A stretch of DNA of 64,000 nucleotides, taken from contig CALKCX010000003.1 of the NCBI GenBank assembly GCA_938083015.1, forward strand, positions 83,861 through 147,860. The letters are read 5' to 3'. The number at the start of each line of letters is the position of its first letter. Position 1 is the first letter of the stretch. The position numbers and the translations under genes were made by a program. The stretch is from an uncultured Candidatus Micrarchaeota archaeon. GTDB taxonomy: Archaea > Micrarchaeota > Micrarchaeia > Anstonellales > J096. Positions 63,328 through 64,000 of the stretch are shown here, in pieces. The notes beneath the pieces are model-generated. The model was not told the DNA's origin and did no database searches. It worked only from the letters and a program-made list of their open reading frames with translations.

Positions 63328-64000
63328 TCATCTATTTAAAAGCTTGAAGATCAATACTAAGAAAGGGATAATTTCTATTCTCGATATATAAAGGGCCATT
63401 ATTAAATATATTTTAAATTGATCTGAAGTATTAGAATAGTCTATAAGAGAATAACCACAATTACTAATTACAGAAGCAGAATTAAATATACTTTCTCTTA
63501 ATCCAAAACCTTCTATTAGATGTACTACAACTGTTATTAAATACGTAACTAAAAACAGGGTAATGATAAGAATATTTTCATTTACTATCTTAGATTTTGA
63601 ATTATAGAATTTACTAAATATATAATTTCGAATGTTTACTATAGCTCCCCAAAGTCTATTTATTTTAATTCCTCCTGCAGTAGATGCTACCATACCTCCG
63701 ATTAACATAGCTATAGAGTAAATAAATATATGAATGTCTTTAAGTTCTGGTCTAGTTAATTCATAACCACCTGAAGTAGCAGTTGTAAGCGTAAGTAATA
63801 TAGCGTCATTTAAATCTAAACCTGTTAAATGCGATATTAAAGCTATTGAAAAGAGATATATTAAAAATATAAAAGCACCTTTAAGTTCTTTTTTATATAT
63901 GTAAACTACTGCCGATATAGAAGATATTAACATACCGATACCTACTATATATTTTTGAATGATATCTAAATTATCGTCTATAGTTTTAAATCCACCATTA
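63328..64000 (-). CDS. trkH: TrkH/KtrB-family cation transporter, C-terminal part (gene continues beyond the window)
   Basis: The frame stays open upstream of the track Met at 63933 to position 64000. MVASTAGGIKINR and SNCGYSL segments are typical of TrkH/KtrB. Confidence 0.65.
   Translation of the reverse strand, partial: NGGFKTIDDNLDIIQKYIVGIGMLISSISAVVYIYKKELKGAFIFLIYLFSIALISHLTGLDLNDAILLTLTTATSGGYELTRPELKDIHIFIYSIAMLIGGMVASTAGGIKINRLWGAIVNIRNYIFSKFYNSKSKIVNENILIITLFLVTYLITVVVHLIEGFGLRESIFNSASVISNCGYSLIDYSNTSDQFKIYLIMALYISRIEIIPFLVLIFKLLNR

Overview
This is a very A/T-rich, tightly packed archaeal chromosome segment. All calls were made by eye from the sequence and the ORF track; no database search or computation was run. 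Gene content and architecture look DPANN/Nanoarchaeota-like, but the organism cannot be named from this window.

I call about 80 protein genes. They cover:
- Translation, transcription and replication: uS12, uS7, uL11, uL1, P0, P1, uL16/L10e, aIF5B, aEF-1beta, SRP54, PheRS-alpha, ProRS, TFB, two TFE-alpha paralogs, Spt5, SecE, CCA-adding enzyme, Pus10, RNase HII, a GINS-like protein and a HerA-like ATPase.
- Cell division: two FtsZ paralogs and a PRC-barrel protein.
- Part of the isoprenoid-lipid toolkit: class II-type HMG-CoA reductase, GGGP synthase, UPP synthase and an AglH-like transferase.
- Other functions: a B12-type ribonucleotide reductase, an ATP-citrate-lyase alpha-type gene, a type IV pilus-like ATPase, platform protein and pilin, and stomatin/NfeD, CorA, TrkAH and TrxB.

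The RNA genes are six tRNAs, two with anticodon-loop introns and none with an encoded CCA, plus a stand-alone 23S rRNA on the minus strand with no linked 16S or 5S. I found no CRISPR array, transposase or integrase.

The most notable observations are:
1. A 509-aa protein carries a RelA/SpoT (alarmone-synthetase-fold) core between unknown domains and is translationally coupled to an AGOG DNA glycosylase.
2. A roughly 160-bp nested inverted-repeat element with G/C-rich arms sits in the convergent gap downstream of the RNR operon. It could be an ncRNA, a MITE-like element or an origin-like element.
3. Promoter geometry is rigid: a TTTAAA box is centred 24.5-25.5 nt upstream of position +1 of all six tRNAs. 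A box at 25.5 nt from the first base of the 23S flanking helix, and boxes mostly 24-29 nt (range 21.5-30.5) from many start codons, continue the pattern. This implies leaderless tRNAs (possibly RNase P-independent) and leaderless mRNAs, with single palindromic boxes shared by divergent gene pairs.
4. There are tandem 15-bp operator-like repeats at the nrdJ promoter.
5. Several genes or clusters are reduced, orphaned or dislocated: aclA without aclB, an NFACT-R-only Rqc2 homolog, P0 without its acidic tail, and L11 split from the L1-P0-P1 cluster.
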